NCBI RefSeq assembly: GCF_009914755.1 | Contig: NC_060930.1 | Direction: 5' to 3' (one strand) | Origin: the human T2T-CHM13v2.0 reference genome, Homo sapiens | Length of the DNA: 64,000 bases | In this document: positions 61,915 through 64,000 of the stretch, one piece after another | Layout of the letters: each line of letters begins with the position of its first letter | How positions within the stretch are numbered: position 1 is the first letter of the stretch | Notes under the pieces: model-generated | What the model was told of the DNA's origin: nothing | The model's input: only the letters and a program-made list of their open reading frames with translations | The model's database searches: none | Made by a program: the position numbers and the translations under genes

Positions 61915-63099
61915 CACAACCTACGAATCAACCCAGCAGTTGTATGAGTCCTATTTTGACCACAATAATGATTTTTTTTACAAGATATAAAAATAAATAC
62001 AATACATTGAAAATTTAAAATCTAAGTATTTATTTAAGGTTTCACCATTTTCAAATTGTACTCAGTGCACAAATTCAGCCTCAGGTCCTTTTATAATTGG
62101 CACATGCACTTTTCCCTGAATCCAATGTAAATTTAGCTAAAATGTAACTCATTTCACTATTAATAAAATAGGGCTTTGTCTGAAGTCCAATCTCTATGTT
62201 ATTTTCTATGTTTTAAGTACATCATAAAATAAAATTATGAATACCTTTAAACACTAGTCACTTTTTAAATCAAAAATAAAAGAATGAAAGATCTTGATAT
62301 TTCACATCCTTTTCTTATTGAAATAACTTTATGACTTATCTGACTTGTGCATGGGCCAGAACAGGGATCATAAAAATTATTGTTAATTGGAAACCATGAG
62401 AGGAAAAAATATATAAAATATAAACCATGAACAGATAGCACAAAATGTATAAGATATGGAACAAATAAAAATATATCCATTTTAAAAATCATGCATTGCT
62501 ATTTAAGCAGGAACACCAAAAGAAAGTGGAAAACAAATCAACAAATGAAATAAGAAAGTAAACAAAATCGATGGGAAGAAAGGTTTGGAAGAAAGATGTA
62601 ATGAAACACAATGTGAAATAACAGAAATTTGTAACCCTTATAAAGAGACATGCAGAGATACAATTAGGCATACTCTTCTTGGGAGGTAATGTGATAAGTC
62701 CCATATATACTTTCTTCCTCACTTAAATATTGCCTTATCTGTACGTATCAATCACCATGCTTTCTAGATACAGAGGGGATGATGTCTTTTTTCCATTTTG
62801 GGAAATTCCAATTGACTTCTTGTTTCAATCATGTCACCTTCCTTCTGTTTATGAATGACTCCAAAAACATTTATTCTCACATCTCCAGTGTACCTCCCAG
62901 AAATCGAACTTATGATATACATTTGTGCCCTGGAAGCTGTCATCTATACTGTTTTGCTTTTTTTGTACTACAAAATGTCTTCAATGAGCCTAATCCATCT
63001 GCTGCTTCAATTTCCTTGACATCTGGTCACTTTAAAATTCTGCCACTCTCATGAAACTTAATTCTTGCTCAAAGATAAGAATCCAAACAACCAATGCAG

Positions 63100-63900
<801 letters not shown>

Positions 63901-64000
63901 TTAGAAGCTGTGCCTCAGTCTGAATCTGCCACTCTGGATCAATTGATTTAATCAGTTACCGAGAATAAACTGGATTTTTCTCTTCTATATCATTAAAAAA

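Overview
Primate genomic DNA (hominoid, most likely human, judged from AluY/S/J and a young L1PA element). It is AT-rich, has no CpG island and no recognisable host protein-coding exon, so it reads as a large intron or intergenic region. Roughly half is interspersed repeat: a 4.8-kb 5'-truncated L1PA2/3-type LINE-1 (minus strand, disabled ORF1/ORF2), two long ancient plus-strand L1M relics, four short L1PA 3' stubs, 13 Alus, several MaLR/ERV solo LTRs, MER3/MER5 DNA elements, and MIR/L2 relics. All protein-like ORFs in the track come from L1 or Alu. I find no support for a novel gene system. The most unusual signals are small scars that look like DNA repair or template switching: a 29-bp locally templated insertion in an L1, a fold-back inversion inside an AluJ, two further hairpin junctions, a perfect 57-bp tandem duplication, and a diverged ~120-bp dispersed duplicate. 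There are also nested transposon insertions and several repeat-free, homeodomain-motif-rich enhancer candidates. Subfamily names come from remembered diagnostic sequence and need RepeatMasker confirmation.
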